Source: an uncultured Gemmatimonadales bacterium
GTDB lineage: Bacteria; Gemmatimonadota; Gemmatimonadetes; Gemmatimonadales; Gemmatimonadaceae
Reading direction: 5' to 3'
Assembly: GCA_963851265.1 (NCBI GenBank)
Contig: CAWKNZ010000007.1
Span: forward strand, 416,001-480,000
Length of the DNA: 64,000 nt
Translations under genes and position numbers: made by a program
In this document: positions 34,497-43,851 of the stretch, one piece after another
Layout: every line of letters begins with the position of its first letter
How positions within the stretch are numbered: the stretch's first letter is position 1
Notes under the pieces: generated by a model
Database searches by the model: none
Seen by the model: the letters and a program-made list of their open reading frames with translations, nothing else
What the model was told of the DNA's origin: nothing

Positions 34497-35477
34497 GTGC
34501 TCCTCCCACCCGCCGCAATGCCCAACGCGCGAGACGCCGCCGGCCGGCTCGTCGCATCCGCCGTGTTCCCCGCCGGCTGGCCGGGCCACGACGTGCGGCG
34601 CGTGCTGGTCGCCGCGGGCGTCTCGCCCGACGAACGCGCGCGCGTCGTGCGCTGCGCCCCGGCGGGTAATCGCGGCGACGGCGCGCGCCCCGAGCACGAC
34701 GACGCACGATCCTCCGTCGTCTGCCTTCACGGGTGGGGCGCGTCGGCGTACGCGTACCGCCACGTACTCGCGCCGCTCGCCGCCGCCGGACGCACCGCGT
34801 ACGCGGCCGACCTGCGCGGCCACGGCTGGTCCGACAAGCCGCTCGATCGTGCCGCCTACACGCCGGCCGCACTCGCGACGTGGACCGTCCACCTCCTCGA
34901 CGCGCTCGGTCTCGACCGCGTCGTCCTCGTCGGACACTCGCTGGGCGGCGCGATCGCGCTCCACACGGCGCTGCGTGCGCCCACCCGCGTGGCCGCGCTC
35001 GTGCTACTCGCCCCCGTGGGCCTCGCCGCCGTCGCACGGATCGGCCAGCTGCGGTGGCTCACCCCGGACGGCATCGACACGTGGCTGCCGCGACTCGCCG
35101 CCCCGCGACTCGTGACCGCCATCGCACTGCAAACCGCTTACGGCCGGCTCGGACGCCCCACGTCGCGCGACGTCGACGAATACTGGGCGCCGACGGCCGA
35201 CCCGGCGTTCGCGCGCGCGGCGCGCCTCATCGCCCACGCCGACCCGTGGGCGGAGTTCGCGCCCAGCACGCTCGCCCGCGTGCCACAACCGGTCGAGGTC
35301 GTCGCCGGTTCGCGAGACAACCTCCTCCGCATCGAACCGCTCCGGCAACTCACGGCCGTACTCCCCCGCGGAGCGCTCGACGTGGTGCACGACGCGGGGC
35401 ACGTCCTCCCGGACGAGGTGCCCGACCGCGTGCTGGCCGCCGTCGATCGCGCGTGTGCCGCTGTCGATCCCACGTGA
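34497..35477 (+). CDS. Alpha/beta hydrolase
   Basis: LHGWG, DLRGHGWSD, GHSLGG nucleophile, GSRD and AGHVLPDE. Confidence 0.88.
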   Translation: MLLPPAAMPNARDAAGRLVASAVFPAGWPGHDVRRVLVAAGVSPDERARVVRCAPAGNRGDGARPEHDDARSSVVCLHGWGASAYAYRHVLAPLAAAGRTAYAADLRGHGWSDKPLDRAAYTPAALATWTVHLLDALGLDRVVLVGHSLGGAIALHTALRAPTRVAALVLLAPVGLAAVARIGQLRWLTPDGIDTWLPRLAAPRLVTAIALQTAYGRLGRPTSRDVDEYWAPTADPAFARAARLIAHADPWAEFAPSTLARVPQPVEVVAGSRDNLLRIEPLRQLTAVLPRGALDVVHDAGHVLPDEVPDRVLAAVDRACAAVDPT

Positions 35478-35481
35478 GCGC

Positions 35482-36363
35482 ATGTTGACGCCCCCGGGTG
35501 ACCGCACGACCGGGCGCCCTCGACCGAGCGCCCGTCGAGCGGCGCCACGGCGCGGCCTGCTGGGCGGCGGGCTGCGGCGCGCGGTGCGCGGCGCCACGGT
35601 CGCGGTTCTCGTCTGGGCGGGCGCGTCGGCGTTGGGGCTGCCGGCGTTCGTCGGGATCGCGCCGAACGACGTGTTCGCGATCGCCGGGACCGTTGGCGCT
35701 CTGGCCGGCGCGGTCGGCGGCGAACGGCTGCTGCGTACCGCGGCGACCACCGTCGCGCTCGCGCTCGTGCTCGTGACGTCGCTTCCGGTGATCGGCCGCG
35801 TCGCGCCCTCGATCGTCCGCCGCGATCGGCCGGCCGCCGACTCGGGCGCGGGCGTGGACGCGGTCGCCGTGCTCTCGAGCGGAGTCGGTGACGACGGCAC
35901 GGTCCAGGGTGAGGGTGTCGATCGCCTGCTGGACGGGCTTGCCCTCGCGCAACGCACGGCGCGCCCGCTGATCATCAGCGTCGTGCACCCGCCGGGCGCG
36001 CGCGGAGTATCGTCGCTCGCGGACCAGCGACGCATCATCGCGCTCACCGGATTCCGTGAGCGGGTATGGACGGTCGACTCGGTGAAGTCGACGCACGACG
36101 AGGCGCTCCGGATGAGCGCCCTCGCCCGCGCGCAGGGCTGGCGCCGCGTCGCGCTCGTGACGTCGCCGGCGCACACGCGCCGGGCATGCGCGACCTTCGA
36201 GCGCGCCGGCCTGGCGGTGGTGTGCACGCCCGCGACGGCCCGGGACGCCTCGTGGGGCGGTCCCACGCCCCTGCGCTCGCCCGGCGACCGGCTGCGCGTG
36301 ACGGCGAGCTGGCTCTACGAACAGGTGGGCTGGCAGGTGTATCGTCGGCGGGGGTGGGTCTGA
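35482..36363 (+). CDS. YdcF/ElyC (DUF218) family membrane protein
   Basis: N-terminal TMs; STHDEA and LVTSPAHTRRA motifs; C-terminal YEQVG. Confidence 0.82.
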   Translation: MLTPPGDRTTGRPRPSARRAAPRRGLLGGGLRRAVRGATVAVLVWAGASALGLPAFVGIAPNDVFAIAGTVGALAGAVGGERLLRTAATTVALALVLVTSLPVIGRVAPSIVRRDRPAADSGAGVDAVAVLSSGVGDDGTVQGEGVDRLLDGLALAQRTARPLIISVVHPPGARGVSSLADQRRIIALTGFRERVWTVDSVKSTHDEALRMSALARAQGWRRVALVTSPAHTRRACATFERAGLAVVCTPATARDASWGGPTPLRSPGDRLRVTASWLYEQVGWQVYRRRGWV

Positions 36364-36368
36364 CCGCA

Positions 36369-36830
36369 TCAGCGCACGCGCCCGAGCCGCGAGACGAACA
36401 CCGATTCGACGGCCGTCCCGCGCCGCACGATGACGCGCAGGTTGCTGCCCCCGTAGCCCAGCCCCGTCGCTGCGTAGGCCGCCGAATCGCGCGTCGAGGT
36501 CAGGCGCACCCGGTAGAGCGCGGCGAGCGGGCGACGGAGCGCGGTATCGCCCCGAACGTGCACCGCGACGACCGCCCCGCTCGAGTCGATGCGCACCGCC
36601 GCGCGCTCGCCGCGCCGCACGGCGAGCGCGCGCGCGACGGCGAATGCCGCGCGCACCTCCGACGCCGCCCCGCCGACCGCGACTCGGTCAGTCACGCGCG
36701 CCAGCCCGCGCATCCCGAGTGCGGACGCGAGCCCCAGAACGGCGAGCGCCACGACGAGTTCCGGGAGCGTGAATCCGGAACGTCGCCGCCACGCGACGGG
36801 CCAGCTACGCGTATAAGGATCGTGAGACAC
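36369..36830 (-). CDS. Prepilin-type N-terminal cleavage/methylation protein (FimT/GspH-like)
   Basis: RRRSG|FTLPELVVALAVLGL type IV prepilin motif; C-terminal VSRLGRVR. Confidence 0.82.
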   Translation of the reverse strand: MSHDPYTRSWPVAWRRRSGFTLPELVVALAVLGLASALGMRGLARVTDRVAVGGAASEVRAAFAVARALAVRRGERAAVRIDSSGAVVAVHVRGDTALRRPLAALYRVRLTSTRDSAAYAATGLGYGGSNLRVIVRRGTAVESVFVSRLGRVR

Positions 36831-36931
36831 ACGCAACCGTATGTGTTCGCGGCCCCGGAGCGTGTATCGTTTTGTTGCGCTGTCGCCCATTTCATCGCCG
36901 CACCGTCCCGCCGAGTCACAAGTTCCCCGTC

Positions 36932-38011
36932 ATGCGCATCGCCATTTCGACCGGGGGCGGCGACGCCCCAGGGCTCAACGCCGTCATCCGGGCTTCGGTC
37001 CTGTCCGCCACGCGCCGCGGGTGGGACGTGCTCGGCATCAAACGCGGCTTCGCCGGCCTCCTCGGTGACGACGAGGTCATCCCGCTCACGCCGCTGTCGG
37101 TGCGCGGGATCGCCCACCTCGGCGGCACGATTCTCGGCACCACCAACCGGGGCAGTCCCTTCGACTACCCGGTGCGTCAGCCTGATGGAAGCCACGTCTA
37201 CGTCGACCGTTCCGACGAGCTGGTGGCCAACGCGCGCGCCCTCGGCATCGACGCGATCATCTCGATCGGTGGCGACGGATCGCTGCGCATCGCGCAGCAA
37301 TTGATGGGGAAGGGGATGAACGTCGTCTGCGTGCCCAAGACGATCGACAACGACGTGCCCTGTACGGTCAACACGTTCGGTTTCGACACGGCGGTGAGCA
37401 CGGTGGTCGAGGCCCTCGACAAGCTGCACACCACCGCCGAAAGCCACGACCGGGTCATGGTCGTCGAAGTCATGGGGCGCGACGCGGGCTTCATCGCGCT
37501 CTATGCCGGGATCGCCGGAACGGCGGACGTCATCCTGATCCCCGAAATCCCTTACACGGTCGAGGCGGTCTGCGAGAAGGTGCGTTCGCGCGAGCGCGCA
37601 GGCCGCCGCTTCTCGATCATCGTCGTCGCCGAGGGCGCGATGCCGATCGGTGGGGCGGTATCGATTCTTGGCGAATCGATGCCGGGACAGGCGCGACGCG
37701 TCGGCGGACTCTGCGAGCCGCTCGCGCGCGAGATCCAGACGCGCACCGGCAAGGAGACGCGCTCGCTCGTACTCGGCCACCTCCAGCGCGGCGGTCAGCC
37801 GACAGGCTACGACCGCCTCCTCTCGACCCGCTTCGGCGGCGCGGCGGTTCGCGCGATCGAGGAAGGGCAGTGGGGGCACATGGTCGCGCTGCAATCGCCG
37901 CACATCGTGTTCGTACCAATCGAAGAGGTGCTCCGCAGCGAGAAGCGCGTCGAGGTCGACGGCGACATCGTCAAGACGGCGCGCGAACTCGGCATCGCCT
38001 TCGGCGACTAA
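36932..38011 (+). CDS. pfkA: 6-phosphofructokinase (probably ATP-dependent)
   Basis: TGGGDAPGLN, GGTILGT, GGDGS, PKTIDND, EVMGR and LGHLQRGG. Confidence 0.95.
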   Translation: MRIAISTGGGDAPGLNAVIRASVLSATRRGWDVLGIKRGFAGLLGDDEVIPLTPLSVRGIAHLGGTILGTTNRGSPFDYPVRQPDGSHVYVDRSDELVANARALGIDAIISIGGDGSLRIAQQLMGKGMNVVCVPKTIDNDVPCTVNTFGFDTAVSTVVEALDKLHTTAESHDRVMVVEVMGRDAGFIALYAGIAGTADVILIPEIPYTVEAVCEKVRSRERAGRRFSIIVVAEGAMPIGGAVSILGESMPGQARRVGGLCEPLAREIQTRTGKETRSLVLGHLQRGGQPTGYDRLLSTRFGGAAVRAIEEGQWGHMVALQSPHIVFVPIEEVLRSEKRVEVDGDIVKTARELGIAFGD

Positions 38012-38243
38012 ATCTCGCGCGCGCGGTAACGGCGCCCCGTGTCGCGCGTCCTTCGACGGGGACGCGGGGTGTCGCCGCGGACAGACACCGTGCGACATGA
38101 TTGGCGCCGGAGCCGTCCCGACGTTCGGCTAACGCCCGCGAGCGTAACGACTTGCGATGCGAGGCGAGGACCGCGGTGACCCGCGGACGCGGCGGCATCG
38201 CGCGTGCTTGCATTGTAGGGTGACGACGGCACGGAACGGAGGA

Positions 38244-39464
38244 ATGATGGCGAGAGCGCGACGGCAGACGGCATGGGCAGTGGTGGTCAGCGCGTCCGCC
38301 GTGCTGACGGCTGGGCCGATGCCTGCCCAACCGCCGAGCGCGCCGTCGCACCAGCCAGCGTCGGGCGGCAAGTCGGGGAAGGATCCCGACGTTCCGGTCG
38401 CCTACCGGCCGCCGCCCGGGATGTGCCGCGTGTGGCTATCGGGAGTGCCCGCGTCGCAGCAGCCCGCGCCCACCGACTGCGCGTCGGCGGTACGCAACCG
38501 GCCGTCGAACGGGCGTGTTCTCTTCGGCGACGACTACGCGAAGAAGACCAGTAGCGTCCACCGCGTGCGCCCGGCGCTGGCCTTCACCGTTGCTGCCATA
38601 CGGCCCGGCGTGACCGGCGCGTGGCGGGTGAGCGCCGCGAGTTACCTCGCGTCCGGCGAGAACGCGGCGTCGCACCCGCGCGCCGTTCCGGGCGCGCCGG
38701 ATTCCATCGCCGACGCCACGACCGTCACCCGTACCGCGTCGCGTCGATCACGCACGCGCACCGACGACGAGTACGAAGCCGGTTACGCGGCCGGCTATCG
38801 CGACGCGATGAACGGGCGCCGTCCGCGATTCCGCGGCGCCGACCGGAACGATCCCGGCACCAACGCGACGAACTACGCCCCACGCGCCGGATCGCGCCGC
38901 GACTACCCCGACGTCGGCTACGGACAGCCCGGCTATGTGCAGCCCGGTTACGGACAGCCGGCCTATGGCCAGCCCGCGTACGGGCAGCCCGGCGGTGCCC
39001 TCGTCGTCGTGCCGCCCGGGCAGGACCCGCGCTACTTCAACAGCGGCCGCTACCCACCGCCGGGCCGTGCGAACGGCGTGTGCCTCGACCGCGACGGCGA
39101 CGGCTGGTGCGACGACCCGCGCTTCGGCGGCGCGTACTGCCGCGACCTCGACGGCGACGGCCGGTGCGACGACTACCCGGCGCTCGCGGCCGCGCCGTAC
39201 CCGAGCAGCCTGCCCGACATGCGGGCCGGCGTCGACGTGCAACAGGGCCGCGGGTCGCCGGTCGCGCTCCGCTGGCTCGGCACGTCCGAGGTCGTCGCGC
39301 GTCTGGTCAATCCGAAGCGCACGGCGACCCCGTACCGCGTGCTCTGGTTCGACGCGAACACGAACGCGCTCCTCCAGACGTGGACCGACCTGGACGGTGA
39401 CGGCCTGGCCGACCGGGTCGAGATCTTTCGGAACGGGCGGCGCGTGAAGTTGCTCGGGCGGTAA
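38244..39464 (+). CDS. Secreted hypothetical protein with GYGQP repeats and DxDGDG motifs
   Basis: Signal peptide; PPPGMCRVW...QQPAPTDC; (G/A)Y(G/V)QP x5; DRDGDG, DLDGDG x2. Confidence 0.7.
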   Translation: MMARARRQTAWAVVVSASAVLTAGPMPAQPPSAPSHQPASGGKSGKDPDVPVAYRPPPGMCRVWLSGVPASQQPAPTDCASAVRNRPSNGRVLFGDDYAKKTSSVHRVRPALAFTVAAIRPGVTGAWRVSAASYLASGENAASHPRAVPGAPDSIADATTVTRTASRRSRTRTDDEYEAGYAAGYRDAMNGRRPRFRGADRNDPGTNATNYAPRAGSRRDYPDVGYGQPGYVQPGYGQPAYGQPAYGQPGGALVVVPPGQDPRYFNSGRYPPPGRANGVCLDRDGDGWCDDPRFGGAYCRDLDGDGRCDDYPALAAAPYPSSLPDMRAGVDVQQGRGSPVALRWLGTSEVVARLVNPKRTATPYRVLWFDANTNALLQTWTDLDGDGLADRVEIFRNGRRVKLLGR

Positions 39465-39510
39465 GCGGGGCGGCGCCGGCCCCCGCACGGTCCGTGCGTA
39501 GCTTTCCGCC

Positions 39511-42270
39511 GTGCGCCACCCCACCGACCGCTATCTCCCCCCCGACCACGACGCCTTCGTCGCGGCCGAGCCTCCGACCGGCCGCGTCATCGTCATCGCG
39601 CCCACACGGGCCGCGTGCGAGACGATCGAACTCGCGGTCGGCCTGCACCTCGAGACGTACCTCGAGACCCACCACGGCCCGCGCCTGCGCGAGCTCGCGC
39701 GCTCGCGCGACGGCTTCGGCATTGTGGCCGGCACGGGCACGGGGAAGACGCTCGCCATCCGCCCCATCGCGGAGGAGATCGTCGGGCGCGGCGGGACGGC
39801 ACCGCTGCGCGTCGGCGTCATCAACCGCGAGCGCGAGGCCACGCCCGACACGCCCACGTGGAACGTGATCGTCGTGACCACCGGCATCGCGCGGCGCTGG
39901 TTTCAGGACGGCGACATCCTCCCGCACGACACGCTGATCGTCGACGAGATCCACCAGACGAGCGCCGAGCTCGAACTCTGCCTCGCGTTGGGCAAGCGCG
40001 TCGGCTGCCGCTTCATCTGGCTCTCGGCGACCGTCGACCCCACGTTCTACGCGCGCTACCTCGGCTCGGCCGACGTGCTCGAGGTGACGTCGTTCGACCC
40101 GCGCCGCGCCGCGCGCGTCGAGGTGGTGAACAAGCAGCCGCTCGAGTTCCTCGACGAGCGCTTCCTGCAGCAGGTCCAGAAGGGGCGGCGCGGCGTGGGC
40201 GTGTTCCTCCCCACGCGCGCCGGCGTCGAACAGGCGGCCGAGTCGGTGCGCACGCGCGCGCCCAAGATCAACGCGGCGTACTACCACGGCGGCGAGCCGA
40301 TCCGCGTCATCCGCCCCTTCCTCGAGGGCGGCGAGGAACGCCCGTACGTACTCGCGATGACCGCGGCCGGCCAGAGCGCGCTCAACGTGCGCGGGCTCGA
40401 CACCGTCGTCATCGACGACACGCGCTTCACCAACGTCGTCGAGCGCGGGCGCAACGTGTTGACGCGCACGCACCTGGGTGCGAACGAGATCCTGCAGATG
40501 GCCGGCCGCGTGCACGGCCGCGTCGAGGGCGGGCGGGTGTTCATCCTCTCGGACCGCGACATCGAGTTCAACCTGCTGCGTCCCACCGAGCCCGAGTTCC
40601 AGCTCGCGGGCGACTCCGAGCGGGTCGCCCTCACCTGCGCCGCGTTAGGCGTGCGCGCCGACGAGCTGGAGCTGCCCGTCCCGCTCGACCGCGCGTCGTA
40701 CCGCCGCGCGTTCGCGCGCCTGCAGGCGCGCCACGTCGTCGACGATACGGGGCGCCTCTCTCCGTACGGGCGGGCGGTCGAGGCGCTGCCGGTCGACCGC
40801 GCGTGGGCCGAGCTGATCGTGAACGCCGACGACGACCTCGTGCCATTCCTCGCGGTGATGAGCAGCATCGAGTCGCTGCACCGCATGACGCGGGAGGAGC
40901 GCGACCTCGACGGCGTGGTCGTACGCGGCAGCGACCACCTCACGAGCTACAACCTGTACGCCGAGGCATTCCGGGAGGCGGGCTACGTCGGCGAGGTGTA
41001 CGGGCTCCCGCGGCACCTGTTCGAGGCCGAGAAGGTCGAGCGCTGGGCCGAGCGGCGCGGCGTCCTCGTGAAGTCGGTGGAGGACGCCGCACTCGCGATG
41101 GCCAGCGTGTACCGGTCACTCGGCCTCGCGCTGCCGCAGTCGATGCCGTGGGCGAGCGAGCGCGTCTACCGCCGGTTTGCCGAACTCCTCGCCGAGTTCA
41201 TGCCCTTCGACCTCGTGATCGACGAGGAGACCGCGTGGGGCGACAACGCCCGCGTGTCCAAGACGAGCGTCTGCGGCAGTTGGGGCGCGATCGCGGGGCC
41301 GCTGCGCTACTTCGCGGATCGATTCGGCGTGCCCCGCGCCGCGATCGAGGGCACGCAGGTGCCCCCCGACCTGCTCCGGCGCCACGCCACCTTCGGCGCG
41401 CCCGAGCTGGTCTACGACCCGCGCCGCAAGGGCCTGGCGCTCACGCGCCGTGCCGAGTACTTCGGGTTTGAGCTGGAGCGCGAGGTCGAGGTGCTGTACG
41501 CGTGGGAGGACGACGTGGCCGCGGCGGCAACGCGGGCCCTCGCCGACGCGCTCGCGCGCGGCGAGGCGCGGCATGCGGCCGTGCGGCGTAACCAGCCCGC
41601 CATCGACGAGGTGCGCGAGCTGTACCGGCGGTCGGGGGGCCGCACCCCGCGCCTCTCGGAGCGCGACCTCGCCGCGCTGTACGCGGAGCAGTTGGCGGAC
41701 GTTCGCTCGCTCGACGAGTTCCGCGCCCGCCCTCTGCGACTCGACTTCGAGGGGCTGCTCGACCAGCACCTGACGCCGCGCGAGCGCGAGCGGCTGGCAC
41801 AGCTGCCAGTCACCGCGACCGTGCGTGACCGCGACGTCGATCTGCATTACGAGGTCGAGGAATCCCCGGACGGTCCGCCGCTCGGCGTGGTGCGCCTGCG
41901 CCTCCCCGAGAAGCTCGCGCGCACGCTCGTCGAGGACGAGCTCCCGGTGTTCGATCGACCCACACGGTTCATCGTGCTGCGCGGCCCACGGGGCGCGGTG
42001 CGCGCCGATACGCTCGACGAGCTGCAGGAGGTGCTCGACCGGCCGTGGTCTCCCGACGAGGGCCGACGTGCGGACGAGCGCGCCGTGGACGAACGCGCCG
42101 GCAGCCGCGACGAACGCCGGGAACGCGCGCTCGCGAACGAACTCCATCGCCACGCGCACGGCGGATCGCCGGGGGGCGGGCCCCGCCGCGGTCCGCGCGG
42201 CAGCGGTGGCGAAGGGCGCGGAGCCGGCCCGGGCGGGCGCTTCGGCCGTGGAGGCCGGCGTCGTCGGTAG
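39511..42270 (+). CDS. DExH-box SF2 helicase (HrpA/HrpB-related, atypical)
   Basis: GTGTGKT, DEIH, SAT, FLPTR and QMAGRVHGR; RGG-rich C-terminal tail. Confidence 0.85.
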   Translation: MRHPTDRYLPPDHDAFVAAEPPTGRVIVIAPTRAACETIELAVGLHLETYLETHHGPRLRELARSRDGFGIVAGTGTGKTLAIRPIAEEIVGRGGTAPLRVGVINREREATPDTPTWNVIVVTTGIARRWFQDGDILPHDTLIVDEIHQTSAELELCLALGKRVGCRFIWLSATVDPTFYARYLGSADVLEVTSFDPRRAARVEVVNKQPLEFLDERFLQQVQKGRRGVGVFLPTRAGVEQAAESVRTRAPKINAAYYHGGEPIRVIRPFLEGGEERPYVLAMTAAGQSALNVRGLDTVVIDDTRFTNVVERGRNVLTRTHLGANEILQMAGRVHGRVEGGRVFILSDRDIEFNLLRPTEPEFQLAGDSERVALTCAALGVRADELELPVPLDRASYRRAFARLQARHVVDDTGRLSPYGRAVEALPVDRAWAELIVNADDDLVPFLAVMSSIESLHRMTREERDLDGVVVRGSDHLTSYNLYAEAFREAGYVGEVYGLPRHLFEAEKVERWAERRGVLVKSVEDAALAMASVYRSLGLALPQSMPWASERVYRRFAELLAEFMPFDLVIDEETAWGDNARVSKTSVCGSWGAIAGPLRYFADRFGVPRAAIEGTQVPPDLLRRHATFGAPELVYDPRRKGLALTRRAEYFGFELEREVEVLYAWEDDVAAAATRALADALARGEARHAAVRRNQPAIDEVRELYRRSGGRTPRLSERDLAALYAEQLADVRSLDEFRARPLRLDFEGLLDQHLTPRERERLAQLPVTATVRDRDVDLHYEVEESPDGPPLGVVRLRLPEKLARTLVEDELPVFDRPTRFIVLRGPRGAVRADTLDELQEVLDRPWSPDEGRRADERAVDERAGSRDERRERALANELHRHAHGGSPGGGPRRGPRGSGGEGRGAGPGGRFGRGGRRRR

Positions 42271-42276
42271 CCCCCG

Positions 42277-42305
42277 TTGACGATAGGACCGACCGGTCCT
42301 ATCAT
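42277..42305 (+). promoter_or_regulatory. Sigma70 promoter overlapped by palindromic TetR operator
   Basis: TTGACG (42277-42282), 17 nt, TATCAT (42300-42305); perfect inverted repeat GATAGGACCG-AC-CGGTCCTATC (42282-42303). Confidence 0.85.
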
Positions 42306-42311
42306 CCCGGT

Positions 42312-43034
42312 GTGCCAGACGAACCCGTCTCCGACCGCCGGTTCCAGATCGTCGATGCCGCTGCGCGCCTCGTCGCGCAGCGCGGCTTCGCGGGAACCTC
42401 GGTCGACGACGTGATCCGCGAGGCGCGCCTGAGCGGAAAGAGCCACTTCTACCACTACTTCCGGTCGAAGGAAGAGCTCGGCTACGCGGTCCTCGACCGC
42501 CAGTTCGATCGCTTCGCCGAACGCGGGCTCGCGGTGCTCCGCGAACCGATGATCGATCCGCTCACCCGACTCGCGCTGTTCATCGACGCGCTCGTGGGCG
42601 TGCAGGTCGCCCGCGGGTGCCGGGAGGGGTCGCCGTTCGGCACGCTCGCCGCCGAACTCGCCGACGCGCACGACGGATTCCGCGCGCGGATCGCCAGCGT
42701 CTTCGAGCAGTGGACGGCGCAACTCGGGTCGCTGCTTCTCGAAGCACGCGGGCAACTCGTGGACGGGGTCGACGTCGCACGACTCGCGCGGTTCATCATC
42801 GCGACGCTCGAGGGTGCGATGCTGATGGCGCGCGTGGCACGCGACGCGGCGGCGCTGCAGGGCATCGCGTACGACCTCAAGCGATTCGTCGCGATGCACA
42901 TGCGCGAACCCGGCCGGTATGCCGAGCCCCTGCCAGCCCGTCCGGCACGCGTCACGCAATCGCCGGTCGCGCCGGGGCCCGAAGCCATCGTCCCGCGGGT
43001 GTCGCGGCCATCCGGCGCGGCGTCAGGGGCGTAA
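42312..43034 (+). CDS. TetR/AcrR family transcriptional regulator
   Basis: IVDAAARLVAQRGFAGTSVDDVI...KSHFYHYFRSKEEL helix-turn-helix; GSPFGTLAAEL. Confidence 0.92.
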   Translation: MPDEPVSDRRFQIVDAAARLVAQRGFAGTSVDDVIREARLSGKSHFYHYFRSKEELGYAVLDRQFDRFAERGLAVLREPMIDPLTRLALFIDALVGVQVARGCREGSPFGTLAAELADAHDGFRARIASVFEQWTAQLGSLLLEARGQLVDGVDVARLARFIIATLEGAMLMARVARDAAALQGIAYDLKRFVAMHMREPGRYAEPLPARPARVTQSPVAPGPEAIVPRVSRPSGAASGA

Positions 43035-43197
43035 GTCGGGTAGGGGTGGTCGGGTACGGGCATCGCGGACGGAACGCGATCGGCAGGGCGGGACCGCACA
43101 AACGCAACACGACAGTCCGGACCACAGGTACGAGCGACACACGCAAGCATGCGGAGCCCAGGGTGGGCTCCTTCACCGGGGTGGTGGGGACGACGAG

Positions 43198-43851
43198 ATG
43201 GCGACGATCGACAACGCCCGCGACGCGCGGAGCGTAGCAGAGGTCGAACCGGGCGAGCCGGCGGCCGCGGAGCCGGTACTCACGGCCGAGGAGCGCGCCG
43301 CACGGCGCGCACAGTTTGAGCGCGAGGCGCTCCAGCATCTCGACGCGCTGTACTCGTTCGCGCTGAAACTCGCGCGCGGGCGCGACGACGCCGAGGACCT
43401 CGTGTCCGACACGCTCCTTCGCGCGTTCGAGCGCTGGGAGCAGTACCGGCTCGGGACGAACATCCGCGCCTGGCTGTTCACGATTCTCTATCACGTGTTC
43501 GTGAGCCGCAAGCGGCGCGTCGACGCGCGCGAGGTGCAGGCGCACGAGGACGCCGACGGCTGGACCGCGCACGAGCCCGTGGGCGAGGCGGACCCCGAGG
43601 GTCGGTTCTACGATTCGTTTCTCGACGAGGAAATCACCCGTGCCATCAGCACGCTCCCCGACGAGTACCGATCGGCCGTCCTGCTGAGCGACGTGCAGGG
43701 TTTGCGCTACGCCGAGATCGCGGAGGTGCTCCACGTGCCCGAGGGGACGGTCAAGTCACGCCTGTTCCGCGGCCGTCGCATCCTGCAGCGCAAGCTCGCG
43801 CGCTACGCGGTCGAGATGGGCTACCTCAAGCTGACCCCGACGCCCGTCTGA
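43198..43851 (+). CDS. ECF RNA polymerase sigma factor
   Basis: DAEDLVSDT, GTNIRAWLFTIL (region 2); YAEIAEVLHVPEGTVKSRLFRGR (region 4). Confidence 0.93.
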   Translation: MATIDNARDARSVAEVEPGEPAAAEPVLTAEERAARRAQFEREALQHLDALYSFALKLARGRDDAEDLVSDTLLRAFERWEQYRLGTNIRAWLFTILYHVFVSRKRRVDAREVQAHEDADGWTAHEPVGEADPEGRFYDSFLDEEITRAISTLPDEYRSAVLLSDVQGLRYAEIAEVLHVPEGTVKSRLFRGRRILQRKLARYAVEMGYLKLTPTPV

